NCBI GenBank assembly: GCA_944358355.1 | Contig: CALVQY010000002.1 | Span: 1 to 54,855 of the forward strand | DNA: 54,855 bases | Direction of reading: 5' to 3' | Origin: an uncultured Bacilli bacterium | Lineage (GTDB): Bacteria > Bacillota_I > Bacilli_A > RF39 > UBA660 | The notes under the pieces: generated by a model | Told to the model about the DNA's origin: nothing | What the model saw: the letters and a program-made list of their open reading frames with translations, nothing else | Database searches by the model: none | Part shown: positions 44,801-53,682 of the stretch, piece after piece | How the letters are laid out: every line of letters begins with the position of its first letter | Position numbering within the stretch: position 1 is the first letter of the stretch | Position numbers and translations under genes: made by a program

Positions 44801-46490
44801 TTTTGTGGCTACAATGATGGGAATAACAGAAGTTAATCCACTACCTGCTCACTATTTATGTCGTAATAAAGATTGTAAATACTCTGAATTTATCAATGAT
44901 GAAGGAATTCCTTATGGAAAAGATTATCCCTCAGGATATGACCTACCAGATAAAACTTGTCCTAAATGTGGACAGCCTATGGGAAAAGAAGGACAAGACA
45001 TGCCATTTGCAACCTTCTTAGGTTTCAATGCCGATAAGGTCCCTGATATCGACCTTAACTTCTCAGGAGAATATCAATGGAAAGCTCATGAATATACAAA
45101 AGTCCTATTCGGAGTTGATAATGTATACAGAGCCGGAACAATTGGTACTGTCGCTGAAAAAACAGCTTATGGTTATGTTAGAGGTTACTTCGAAGAACAT
45201 GGTATTGTTGGTAAAAGAAGTGTAGAAATTGAACGTCTTGCTAAAGGATGTACTGGTGTTAAAAGAACAACTGGACAACACCCTGGAGGTATCGTTGTTA
45301 TACCAGGATATATGGATGTCTTTGATTTTACACCATTCCAGTATCCTGCTGATGATAATACATCTTTATGGCGTACAACTCACTTTGATTACCATGCCAT
45401 CGACCAAGATGTCTTAAAACTAGATATACTAGGTCACGATGATCCTACCGTTTTAAGAATGCTACAAGACTTATCAGGTATTGATATAACAACCCTACCA
45501 ATGGATGATAAAAATATCTTTTCTATTCTAACAAGTCCTAAAGCTTTAGGAGTCACTGAAGAACAAATTCTTTGCCCTACAGGAACTCTAGGACTACCCG
45601 AACTTGGAACTCGTTTTGTTATTCAAATGCTTGTTGAAACAAAACCTTCAACTTTCGCTGAACTAGTTAAAATATCAGGACTATCACACGGTACTGATGT
45701 TTGGGCAGGTAATGCTAGTGAACTTATAAAAAATAACATTGTACCATTTAAAGATGTTATCGGCTGTCGTGACGATATCATGGTTAACTTAATGAACTGG
45801 GGTATGAAACCTATTAGAGCCTTTAAAATAATGGAGCATGTTAGAAAAGGTAAAGCGACTAAAGACCCTGAAACATGGAAGGGCATGGTTGAAGAAATGA
45901 AAGCCGTAGGAGTACCAGAGTGGTATATAGAGTCATGTCATAAAATAAAATACATGTTCCCTAAAGCTCATGCTTGTGCCTATGTTATGAGTGCTATTAG
46001 AATTGCTTGGTTTAAAGTCTATAAGCCTCTTTATTACTATGCAGCATTCTTCTCAATAAGAGTAGATGATTATGATATAGAAACAATGATAAAAGGTTAT
46101 AACTCTATTAAAACAAGATATGAAGATTTACTTGCTAAAGGCTTTGAAGCGACTAATAAAGAGACAAATATTATAGAGTCATTACATGTTGCTTTAGAAG
46201 CGACAGCTCGTGGTATTAAATTTGCTCCAATATCTTTAGAAAAAAGTGATGCGACAAGATTTGTTGTTGATACTCTCCATGAAAATACTCTTATTCCACC
46301 ATTTAAAACTATAGATGGTCTAGGAGTTACCGTTGCTAAAACTATCGTAGAAGAACGTGACAAACAACCTTTCTTAAGTAAAGAAGATTTACAAAAGCGT
46401 GGTAAAGTATCAAAGACATTAACTGACAAAATGGTTGAAATGGGTATAGTTAGTGAACTACCAGACTCTAACCAGTTAAGCTTGTTTTAA
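41871..46490 (+). CDS. polC: DNA polymerase III alpha subunit, PolC type
   Basis: PHP domain (VELHAHTMMSQMDG), DEDD exonuclease (VVFDFETTGF...HNAKFDVSFL...HRGDYDAEG), Zn-finger CRNKDCKYSEF...CPKCG, and pol core (GQHPGGIVVIPG, LKLDILGHDDPT). Confidence 0.98.
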   Translation: MDEKLEILLKRINLKDDYYSFFKNAVLDKIIISKKNNNWLVKITNDDYLPLEVLEFLNDNSTALAQSVSFSFNIKNKDANKLLDFFPYLLRKLKNAKKINLVDIYQDSLRYENNKLELVAYNKKEEDRLKSINADINNFYHSLGYNDFIEIVVKEDDLIEEEISNELSNVAIPEPIKRDVIKEEPKHYNNKNSGIPRRRKVTEEGCILGKTIDTEPIKMSLLLGEDNDVTVEGYIFGVEYFESNKSNFKIITLKITDETDSIACKVFSNEEEDYNRLCKELKEGKWLKIRGNTKIDTYAKDELVLNARDIMPVEHTEEEITDDAIEKRVELHAHTMMSQMDGVADEVKLVKQAMKWGHKAIAITDHNGVQAFPHVYNLVRDYNKGKEEKDQFKALYGTELVMVDDNVDIVIRPNDGKLLDQTYVVFDFETTGFNAGGADSIIEIGAVKMKGGEILERYDELINPGRPLPAKITEITNITDLMLEDKDNEENAVKRFIDWFGDLPMVAHNAKFDVSFLEMAYKKYNLGEFKNPVIDTLELSRTLDNNYARHSLSALVKRYNVPWDEESHHRGDYDAEGTALVLYKMLEKLDSRNIETMEELSNIVDSKEMYKYGNTNHINILALNKKGLKNLFKIVSYANTTYLYKTPRIPRSVINEYREGLLIGSGCYESEVFKQATSKSEEELSNIIRFYDYVEVQPPECYSHLIETGDFANEGEVISNIKKIIDTTIEAGKLIVATGDVHHITREDKIYREIIVNQKVPGGGRHPLARGGIKNIPSNHFRTTTEMLEDFSFLDEETRKLIVIDNPNKIADMAEVIEVIIETGGIPFSPKIDKSVETVTDLVFTKASDMYGSPLPYNIEERISTELYGDGIFKATEAKLKREEPNLSGDEFTKKLYAALHSTLLKGFDEVKKVIKENLKVENPDITDEDLEKTIKKNLGGVIGGGFDVIYLIAQKLVKHSNDDGYIVGSRGSVGSSFVATMMGITEVNPLPAHYLCRNKDCKYSEFINDEGIPYGKDYPSGYDLPDKTCPKCGQPMGKEGQDMPFATFLGFNADKVPDIDLNFSGEYQWKAHEYTKVLFGVDNVYRAGTIGTVAEKTAYGYVRGYFEEHGIVGKRSVEIERLAKGCTGVKRTTGQHPGGIVVIPGYMDVFDFTPFQYPADDNTSLWRTTHFDYHAIDQDVLKLDILGHDDPTVLRMLQDLSGIDITTLPMDDKNIFSILTSPKALGVTEEQILCPTGTLGLPELGTRFVIQMLVETKPSTFAELVKISGLSHGTDVWAGNASELIKNNIVPFKDVIGCRDDIMVNLMNWGMKPIRAFKIMEHVRKGKATKDPETWKGMVEEMKAVGVPEWYIESCHKIKYMFPKAHACAYVMSAIRIAWFKVYKPLYYYAAFFSIRVDDYDIETMIKGYNSIKTRYEDLLAKGFEATNKETNIIESLHVALEATARGIKFAPISLEKSDATRFVVDTLHENTLIPPFKTIDGLGVTVAKTIVEERDKQPFLSKEDLQKRGKVSKTLTDKMVEMGIVSELPDSNQLSLF

Positions 46491-46552
46491 TTGACAAAGT
46501 AAGAAAAATATGCTATAATACAAGCACATTTCATTGAAGGGGGAATTAAAAA

Positions 46553-47179
46553 ATGGAAAAATTAAATGAAAAAACATATGCTGATAATATGATGATATTA
46601 TCACAAATTGATTTCAGACCAATCTATATTAATGAAGAAGAGACGTTTTCTGTTATGTATAATGGTATGACTTCATCAGTTTGTTCTGTAGAATTTAATA
46701 ATGGAAAAATGGCTTTTAATTTAGTAAGTCCATATCTTGAAACAAATAAGAGTACTGATGATATTGTAAGTATCCTTAATTCTATTAAAAATATGGAACA
46801 AGAGCCAGTTAGAGAGTTAACAGTTGCTGACTTACCAATTTTATCTAGTAAGGAAAAAGCTCAAATAAAACCTGATAAAGACATTGATACATACTTTAAA
46901 CTTAGTGAATACTTTGCTAGTTTTGGTATTGATGCAAGTAATGAATTTTGGGCTAAAAAATTATTATCTGAAGCTGAAAATAAACAAACTATGTCAGGAT
47001 ATTTTGAAAATCCTATAGATATGGTAACTGAATATAATAAGTATGCAGAACAAAATAAAGAAGAAAAAGAAATATCATTAAAACTTGATAGATTAGAAAC
47101 AATGCCATATGGAATTAGAAGATTAGTTTCAAATTCGTTACAAGAATCTAATAGAAAAGAATCTAACAAAATAAAATAA
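46553..47179 (+). CDS. Hypothetical protein
   Basis: 208-aa ORF with RBS GAAGGGGGA and its own terminator. No motif recognised. Confidence 0.45.
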   Translation: MEKLNEKTYADNMMILSQIDFRPIYINEEETFSVMYNGMTSSVCSVEFNNGKMAFNLVSPYLETNKSTDDIVSILNSIKNMEQEPVRELTVADLPILSSKEKAQIKPDKDIDTYFKLSEYFASFGIDASNEFWAKKLLSEAENKQTMSGYFENPIDMVTEYNKYAEQNKEEKEISLKLDRLETMPYGIRRLVSNSLQESNRKESNKIK

Positions 47180-47200
47180 TCATTATACTAGATTGAACAC

Positions 47201-47230
47201 AAAAAATCCTTAAATAATAAGGATTTTTTA
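47201..47230 (+). terminator. Rho-independent terminator
   Basis: aaaaaatcctta (47201-47212), loop aataa, taaggatttttt (47218-47229). Confidence 0.8.
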
Positions 47231-47250
47231 ATAAAAAGGGGGACTTAATT

Positions 47251-48009
47251 ATGAAAATAACTAATATAAATACAGTCAATTTATATAGAATTCAAGGACA
47301 AAATTCTAAAATAAGTCGTAAAAGAATAGTTTATAAAAACAAAACAGAAGAAGTTAAGATATTATATCCTCAAGATAATATTTACTTATCTGTTAATAAT
47401 GCTCATCATTATTACTTTACTATAAAACAAATTAGAAAATTATTAAGAAAAACAGCTCAAGATAATAACGAAACTTATAATAAAGATTTCTTACGTAATA
47501 TTTTAAATTCTTCATATAAAGATTATTATATAAAAGCTATAAAAGATGCAAAAATACAGTCTGTTAATTTAGAAATACCTTTATTCTTATATAACTATAT
47601 TCTTAAATTTGCTAGTTATAATTTAACAGTTAATAATACTTTAAGAATACCTGAATTAGCTGATACCAGTAAATGTGGTGGAGCAATATCAAGTATGAAG
47701 GAATGGAATAATCTTATAGAATTGTTAACTTTAAATTTAAAAGTTAAAGACTTTGATGAGGAAACTATAAATAGACTTTTAGAATCACTACCATATTATC
47801 ATGATTATATTTTTGGTAGAAAAACTTTTAGTTATGATTATAGTGAAAAGAAAAATTCAACATTATTTAAAGATGAAACGCAGGAACATATCAAAGAATT
47901 ATTAGAACAGATTTTTAGAAAAAATTCTAGTAAATTATTTGAGAGTACAAGTACTTGTGATACAAATAATTTTATTCATAATTATAAGCAATTAATTAAA
48001 AGAATATAG
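47251..48009 (+). CDS. Hypothetical protein
   Basis: 252-aa ORF with RBS AAAGGGGGA. No motif recognised. Confidence 0.45.
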   Translation: MKITNINTVNLYRIQGQNSKISRKRIVYKNKTEEVKILYPQDNIYLSVNNAHHYYFTIKQIRKLLRKTAQDNNETYNKDFLRNILNSSYKDYYIKAIKDAKIQSVNLEIPLFLYNYILKFASYNLTVNNTLRIPELADTSKCGGAISSMKEWNNLIELLTLNLKVKDFDEETINRLLESLPYYHDYIFGRKTFSYDYSEKKNSTLFKDETQEHIKELLEQIFRKNSSKLFESTSTCDTNNFIHNYKQLIKRI

Positions 48010-48075
48010 TAAATTGCAAAAAGAAGGTATGCATTTTGAAGACGATTACTATAAAAAAATAAAAACTATATAAAA

Positions 48076-48105
48076 AAGAGTCAAAAATAAAAGACTCTTT
48101 TTTCT
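48076..48105 (+). terminator. Rho-independent terminator
   Basis: aagagtc (48076-48082) pairs with gactctt (48093-48099), followed by tttttc. Confidence 0.7.
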
Positions 48106-48136
48106 TTTTATGATATACTTTTAACTAGGAGGAAGT

Positions 48137-48865
48137 ATGAAAAAGATTAACCTAGATAAAGTAAATTACATACAATATGGTAATACTAAAGGTAAAGATA
48201 TTATTTTACTACATGGCTGGGGACAAAATATTGAGATGATGGAGCCTCTTGGTAATCCCTTGTCAAGTAAATATCATATTACAATATTAGATTTTCCTGG
48301 CTATGGTAAAAGCGCTGAACCTGATGAAGTATGGGATGTTAGTGATTATGCCGAACTTGTTCATGAACTAGTTAAAAAGTTAAAGATAAAAAAACCTACT
48401 TTAATAGGACACTCTTTTGGAGGAAGAGTAGCGATAGTTTATGCATCAATCTATGAAGTAGATAGAGTAGTCTTATTTGGGGCACCTTGTGTTAGAACTA
48501 AAAAAGGCTTAACCTTAAAGGAGAAAATGTTAAAAAAAGCGAAAACTTTACCCGGAATGGGAAAAATTGCCGAGATTGCTAAAAATTATATTGGTTCAGT
48601 TGATTATAAGAGTGCAACTCCTAAGATGAGAGATATATTAGTAAAAACAGTTAATGAAGATTTATCTGATTATGCTAAAAAAATAACTGCACTAACACTA
48701 TTAATATGGGGAGAAATGGATGAAGCAGCACCACTTGAAGAAGCTAAACTCTTAGAAAATTTACTTCAAGACGGAGCCTTAATAGTTTTACCAGGAACAC
48801 ATTATGCATATCTTGAAAATTTGAATCAAGTTATAAATATTATAAATAATTTTATGGAGGGATAA
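48137..48865 (+). CDS. Alpha/beta-fold serine hydrolase
   Basis: LLHGWGQN oxyanion region and nucleophile elbow GHSFGG. C-terminal His context PGTHYAYLEN. Confidence 0.8.
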   Translation: MKKINLDKVNYIQYGNTKGKDIILLHGWGQNIEMMEPLGNPLSSKYHITILDFPGYGKSAEPDEVWDVSDYAELVHELVKKLKIKKPTLIGHSFGGRVAIVYASIYEVDRVVLFGAPCVRTKKGLTLKEKMLKKAKTLPGMGKIAEIAKNYIGSVDYKSATPKMRDILVKTVNEDLSDYAKKITALTLLIWGEMDEAAPLEEAKLLENLLQDGALIVLPGTHYAYLENLNQVINIINNFMEG

Positions 48866-48866
48866 T

Positions 48867-50486
48867 ATGATTGAAATACTTTTAATTTTAGTTGCTATCA
48901 TAGCAATTATTATCAAATCTAAAAAAAGTTTACATATGTTACAACAAAACTTGTATAATGAAAACAACCGTTATGTTAAATGGGTTGTTAATAATAGTTC
49001 TAACTTCTTTTCTCTTGAACTACTAGCAGTTCTTATAGTAGCAGTTGCTAATGTCTTCTTAGTTAATGATGAAACTATAAGTTTAATCTTAAATATTATA
49101 GCTATTATACTATATTTAATCTATGCTATTAAATTTAGAATTGACTTAAAAAATGAACAAGTAAAGAAACCTTTAGTAATAACAGCTAGAGTCAAAAGAC
49201 TAATTGCAACTACTACAATATTACATTTAATTCCTATAGTACTTATTTTTATCTATAGAGATGAATTATTAGTTAGTCATTTCTTAATCTTTATCTTTAT
49301 ACTTTTCGCTTATCTAAATACTTTTGTAATCTTACTTGCAAACTTTATTAATAAATATACTTTAGAAAAATATGTTTATCATCATTTCAAAAGTATGGCT
49401 GTTAAGAAGTTAAAGAGTATGCCTAACTTAAAAGTTATCGGTGTAACAGGTAGTTACGGTAAGACAAGTAGTAAAAATATTTTAGCAGATATCTTAAATA
49501 TTAAATACGCAACCTTACCAACTCCACGTAATTTAAATACTCCTTATGGATTAATTATTACTATCAATAATCACTTAGATAAATTTACAGAAGTATTTAT
49601 CGCTGAGATGGGAGCTTATGTTAGAGGAGAAATTAAAGATTTATGTAATTTAGTTCATCCTAAATATGGTATCTTAACCCGTATTGGTACAGCTCACTTA
49701 GAAAGCTTTGGTAGTGAAGAAAATATCCAAAAGACTAAATTTGAACTTATTGAATCATTACCACTTGATGGAGTAGGAGTACTTAATAGAGATGATCCAA
49801 AACAAGTAAGTTATGATCTTAAAAATAAATGTAAAATACTTTGGATAGGAATAGACGAAAAAGATGTTGATGTTCATGCTAGTAATATTAAATGTTCTAG
49901 TGTTGGAACAACCTTTGATGTAACCTTTAAAGGTGATAAGAAGAAATATGAGTTTGAAACTAAATTATTAGGTAAACATAACGTTTATAATATTCTAGCA
50001 GGACTTGCTTTAGGACGTGAATTGGGTATCTCAATTACTAAATTACAACAAGCCGTTAGAAATGTTAAACAAGTAGAACATAGACTAGAACTTAAGAAAA
50101 TGGGTTACTTCTATCAAATAGATGATGCCTATAACTCAAATCCTGTAGGTGCTAAAAGTGCTTTAGAAGTATTATCTATGATGCCAGGATTAAAAGTAGT
50201 AGTAACACCAGGTATGATAGAACTAGGTGATAAAGAAGAAGAACTTAATAAAGAGTTTGGAAAACAGATCGCTACAATATCTAAAGCTGACTATGTAGTT
50301 TTAATAGGTGAAAAGAGAACTTTACCTATTAAAGAGGGACTAAAAGAAGCTAAATATAATATGGATAATTTAATTGTTTACAATGATGTTAAAGAAGCAT
50401 ATAATTTTATAAGAGGTATAAAAACTAAAAAAGATATCTATGCCTTATTTGAAAATGATTTACCTGATACATATAACGAAAAGTAG
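48867..50486 (+). CDS. murF: MurF-like Mur ligase (UDP-MurNAc-tripeptide--D-Ala-D-Ala ligase family) with ~170-aa N-terminal multi-TM extension
   Basis: GVTGSYGKTSSK P-loop, NLNTPYGL, IAEMGA, GTAHLESFGSEENI, GKHNVYN, DDAYNSNP, TPGMIELGD blocks follow the MurF order. Residues 1-165 form 4-5 hydrophobic helices. The start is 1 nt after the hydrolase stop. Confidence 0.75.
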   Translation: MIEILLILVAIIAIIIKSKKSLHMLQQNLYNENNRYVKWVVNNSSNFFSLELLAVLIVAVANVFLVNDETISLILNIIAIILYLIYAIKFRIDLKNEQVKKPLVITARVKRLIATTTILHLIPIVLIFIYRDELLVSHFLIFIFILFAYLNTFVILLANFINKYTLEKYVYHHFKSMAVKKLKSMPNLKVIGVTGSYGKTSSKNILADILNIKYATLPTPRNLNTPYGLIITINNHLDKFTEVFIAEMGAYVRGEIKDLCNLVHPKYGILTRIGTAHLESFGSEENIQKTKFELIESLPLDGVGVLNRDDPKQVSYDLKNKCKILWIGIDEKDVDVHASNIKCSSVGTTFDVTFKGDKKKYEFETKLLGKHNVYNILAGLALGRELGISITKLQQAVRNVKQVEHRLELKKMGYFYQIDDAYNSNPVGAKSALEVLSMMPGLKVVVTPGMIELGDKEEELNKEFGKQIATISKADYVVLIGEKRTLPIKEGLKEAKYNMDNLIVYNDVKEAYNFIRGIKTKKDIYALFENDLPDTYNEK

Positions 50487-50498
50487 GAGGACGATAAA

Positions 50499-51719
50499 AT
50501 GAAAATTAAATTAGGTGTAATATTCGGTGGTGAATCAGTTGAACATGAAGTAAGTATTATTTCAGCAGTTCAAGCCATGAATAAAATAAATCAAGAAAAA
50601 TATGATATTATTCCTATCTATATAACTAAAGATGGAGAATGGTACACTGGTAATATGTTAATGGATGTTGAAGTATATCAGGATTTAGATTTAATTAAAA
50701 AATATGCAAGTAATGTTGTATTATACAAAAAAGATGGAGCCTTTGTATTACAAAGTAAAGGATTATTTAAGAAAGTTGTTACAGACTTAGATGTAATATT
50801 CCCAATTACTCATGGTACTAATGTAGAAGATGGAGTATTACAAGGATATTTGCAAACAGTTGGAATTCCTTATGTGGGCCCTAATGTCTATGCAGCCACT
50901 GTTTCTCAAGATAAAGCTTATATGAGAGACATCTTCAAGTCTAATGATATTCCAGTTCCAACATATACTTGGTTCTATGATACAGATTATAAAAATGAGC
51001 CTGATGAAGTAATTAAAAAAGTAGAGAAGATAAAATATCCTGTTATTGTTAAACCTGCTACAACAGGTAGTAGTGTAGGAATTGGTGTTGCTAACAATAA
51101 AGATGAACTTATTAAAGCTATTGAAGAAGCTATTAACTATGATAGTAAAATTGTAGTAGAAGAAGTAATTAAAAACTTAATGGAAGTAAATATATCTGTT
51201 TTAGGTAATTATGAATCACAGGAAACAAGTGTTATTGAAGAAGTATTATCTAAGAGTGCTTTCTTAACATATGATGAAAAATATGTAGGTAGTGGTAAAG
51301 TTAAAGGTAAACTAGGCGCTAAAATGACTCCATTAAAAGGTTCTAAAGGAATGGCTTCAGCTGATAGAAAAATACCAGCTGACCTTACAGATAAAATGAC
51401 TAAAGAAGTAGAAGAACTTGCTATTAAGGTCTTTAGAGCCTTAGGAAGTAGTGGAGATGCTCGTATTGATATGTTAATTGATAGTAAAGCTAAAAAAGTA
51501 TATGTCAATGAGATTAACTCAATTCCAGGTTCCCTAGCATTCTATCTATGGGATCCTAAAGGAAAAGATTATACTGAACTATTAGATGATATGATAAGTA
51601 TTGCTATTAAAGATTATAAAAAGCGTGAAAGTAAAACACATTCGTTCAAGACAAATATCTTACAAGGATTTGCACATAATGGTCTAAAAGGGATGAAAGG
51701 TAAACTACAAAATAAATAG
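50499..51719 (+). CDS. ddl: D-alanine--D-alanine ligase family protein (long form, 406 aa)
   Basis: GVIFGGESVEHEVSIISA N-terminus, ATP-grasp core (YPVIVKPATTGSSVGI, VVEEVI), and ARIDMLID...VYVNEINSIPG C-terminus. Confidence 0.9.
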   Translation: MKIKLGVIFGGESVEHEVSIISAVQAMNKINQEKYDIIPIYITKDGEWYTGNMLMDVEVYQDLDLIKKYASNVVLYKKDGAFVLQSKGLFKKVVTDLDVIFPITHGTNVEDGVLQGYLQTVGIPYVGPNVYAATVSQDKAYMRDIFKSNDIPVPTYTWFYDTDYKNEPDEVIKKVEKIKYPVIVKPATTGSSVGIGVANNKDELIKAIEEAINYDSKIVVEEVIKNLMEVNISVLGNYESQETSVIEEVLSKSAFLTYDEKYVGSGKVKGKLGAKMTPLKGSKGMASADRKIPADLTDKMTKEVEELAIKVFRALGSSGDARIDMLIDSKAKKVYVNEINSIPGSLAFYLWDPKGKDYTELLDDMISIAIKDYKKRESKTHSFKTNILQGFAHNGLKGMKGKLQNK

Positions 51720-51830
51720 AACTGTATTAGTGAAAACTAGTGAAATTTTTACATTTTTGACTTATATCTATAATTATATAACACACTATTATAAAAATTA
51801 TGTTATCCTAATAATAGGAGAGTGAATGCT

Positions 51831-52691
51831 ATGGAAAAAAATAAAAACAAAGGGGTAATAGTTTTAATAGTCTTATTAATATTATGTATTATAGGTTTAG
51901 TATTTTATATCTTAGTAGATAAAGATGTTATTAAACTAAATAGTAATACTGTGGAAAATGAGCAAGTAGAAAATAATAATACTAGTGATGAGGATAATGT
52001 TAAAAATGATGATGGAGTAGCAATTGATCCAGAAAATGCTAGTATAAAAGATCTATTTGATAATGCTCATTATTTAACTATTAGCGGAATAGATACTCAC
52101 ATTTATAGAGATGGTGGTTATAAAGTAAGTGAAATGAGTACAGAAGATAAAATGTTATTACTTGCTAAACAATGGTCACCATTAGTAGAACAGTATTCAG
52201 AAGGTACAAGTCCTAATCTTACGACAACATATTATATAAATGAAAATACTTTAAAAAATCTATTTGAGAAAACATTTGGACCTAATACTTATAGACAAGC
52301 AACTCAAATAACAGATGGTTGTCTTACATTAACATATGATGCTACTAATAAACGATACTCTTATACAGGTACTGCTGGTTGTGGTGGTACAAGAGCATTT
52401 GAGGTTTATGAAAAAATAATAAGTGCTACTAAATATAATGATAGAATAGAAATAGTAAGTGCTGCCTTTTATTTAGATCAAAATAACATCTATAAAGATT
52501 ATAATAAAACTACAACCCTAGGAAGTAATCCAGCACCAATAAATACAACAACTAGTCAAGAAGCAAGAGAAAATACATTTAATCAATATATCCAAGATAA
52601 TAGAGATAATTTAGAACAATATACATATACTTATACTCTAAATGAAGATGGATTTTATTATCTAACAAGTGTAGAAAGAACTAAAGCGTAA
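51831..52691 (+). CDS. Hypothetical N-terminally anchored protein
   Basis: ATG 51831 is 8 nt after AGGAGAG. TM VIVLIVLLILCIIGLVFYILV. Confidence 0.5.
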   Translation: MEKNKNKGVIVLIVLLILCIIGLVFYILVDKDVIKLNSNTVENEQVENNNTSDEDNVKNDDGVAIDPENASIKDLFDNAHYLTISGIDTHIYRDGGYKVSEMSTEDKMLLLAKQWSPLVEQYSEGTSPNLTTTYYINENTLKNLFEKTFGPNTYRQATQITDGCLTLTYDATNKRYSYTGTAGCGGTRAFEVYEKIISATKYNDRIEIVSAAFYLDQNNIYKDYNKTTTLGSNPAPINTTTSQEARENTFNQYIQDNRDNLEQYTYTYTLNEDGFYYLTSVERTKA

Positions 52692-52717
52692 AAAGTAGTG
52701 ATTAACTACTTTTTTTA
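52691..52717 (+). terminator. Rho-independent terminator
   Basis: aagtagt (52693-52699), loop gatta, actactt (52705-52711), then tttttt. Confidence 0.75.
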
Positions 52718-52907
52718 AGTCTTACTGAAACTTAGATATATACTTTTATAAATAAATTTATTTAATCATAGAACAATACATTGACTAATTTTATCTTCTT
52801 TTTCATTAGTTACTATAATAAAAGAGTAGAAAAATAGCAAATTAACTGATGAAAAATAAATTGAAATATGATATTATAATACTAATTTATAACTTGGAGG
52901 AATATCT

Positions 52908-53669
52908 ATGACTTATTATTATGATAACTATGTTGAAAGATTTGGGAAAAGGGATAAAGATGATATATGGTGGCGTGACGGAACTTATATCACACCTGAA
53001 GGAACACTTTTTGATGTTGATGGTTATGCAAGAGTCGCTCATGCAGGTGGATTCGTTCTTCCATTTTTCATGAGCTATACTAACCCAGATGAAGATGAAT
53101 TAAGATACTTTACTAAAGAGGAGATATTACAAAATTTAATAGATTGGGAACATGCTCTATGTACAAGAGAATATGATGTTAATCCCAAAGAACAGAAAAT
53201 GCGTTTAGCTTTAGTAAGATATTTAATTAATGTATATAAAAGCAAATATACTATTTGGGATGACATAAATGAATATGTTGATTTATCCTATGCTACCGGG
53301 ATAAAGAAAGAAACAGAAAACTTTATAGGAAGAGATAGATTTTTAAAAGATGTTTTAGTAATGGCTTGTAATTATGATTCTGTTGAAAGTACACTATATA
53401 GAACGATTACTACATCAAAATTTAATATCTATGAGACCTTCTATGATTATATTTTACATGACTATAAGATATATCAAATACCTAAACAAGTCTATGATGA
53501 AAAACAGGGAAAGTATGTTAATTGGTCTTTACCCGATTATATGATTTCTGATAAAGAATTAAGATTAAAAATGGAACTTGAGTCAATTTGTAAAACTGTA
53601 CCTTTAGAAAAACGTGATAAATATAGAAGGAGCAAGGTAAAAGTAAAAGGATTTGATTTTATAGATTAA
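52908..53669 (+). CDS. Hypothetical cytoplasmic protein
   Basis: 253-aa ORF with RBS TGGAGGA. No motif recognised. Confidence 0.45.
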   Translation: MTYYYDNYVERFGKRDKDDIWWRDGTYITPEGTLFDVDGYARVAHAGGFVLPFFMSYTNPDEDELRYFTKEEILQNLIDWEHALCTREYDVNPKEQKMRLALVRYLINVYKSKYTIWDDINEYVDLSYATGIKKETENFIGRDRFLKDVLVMACNYDSVESTLYRTITTSKFNIYETFYDYILHDYKIYQIPKQVYDEKQGKYVNWSLPDYMISDKELRLKMELESICKTVPLEKRDKYRRSKVKVKGFDFID

Positions 53670-53682
53670 AACTACTGAAAAT

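Noticed and set aside
43780-46429. Seven short ORFs on both strands inside polC.
   Set aside because: The polC frame is continuous and motif-rich across the whole interval, so these are out-of-frame artefacts.
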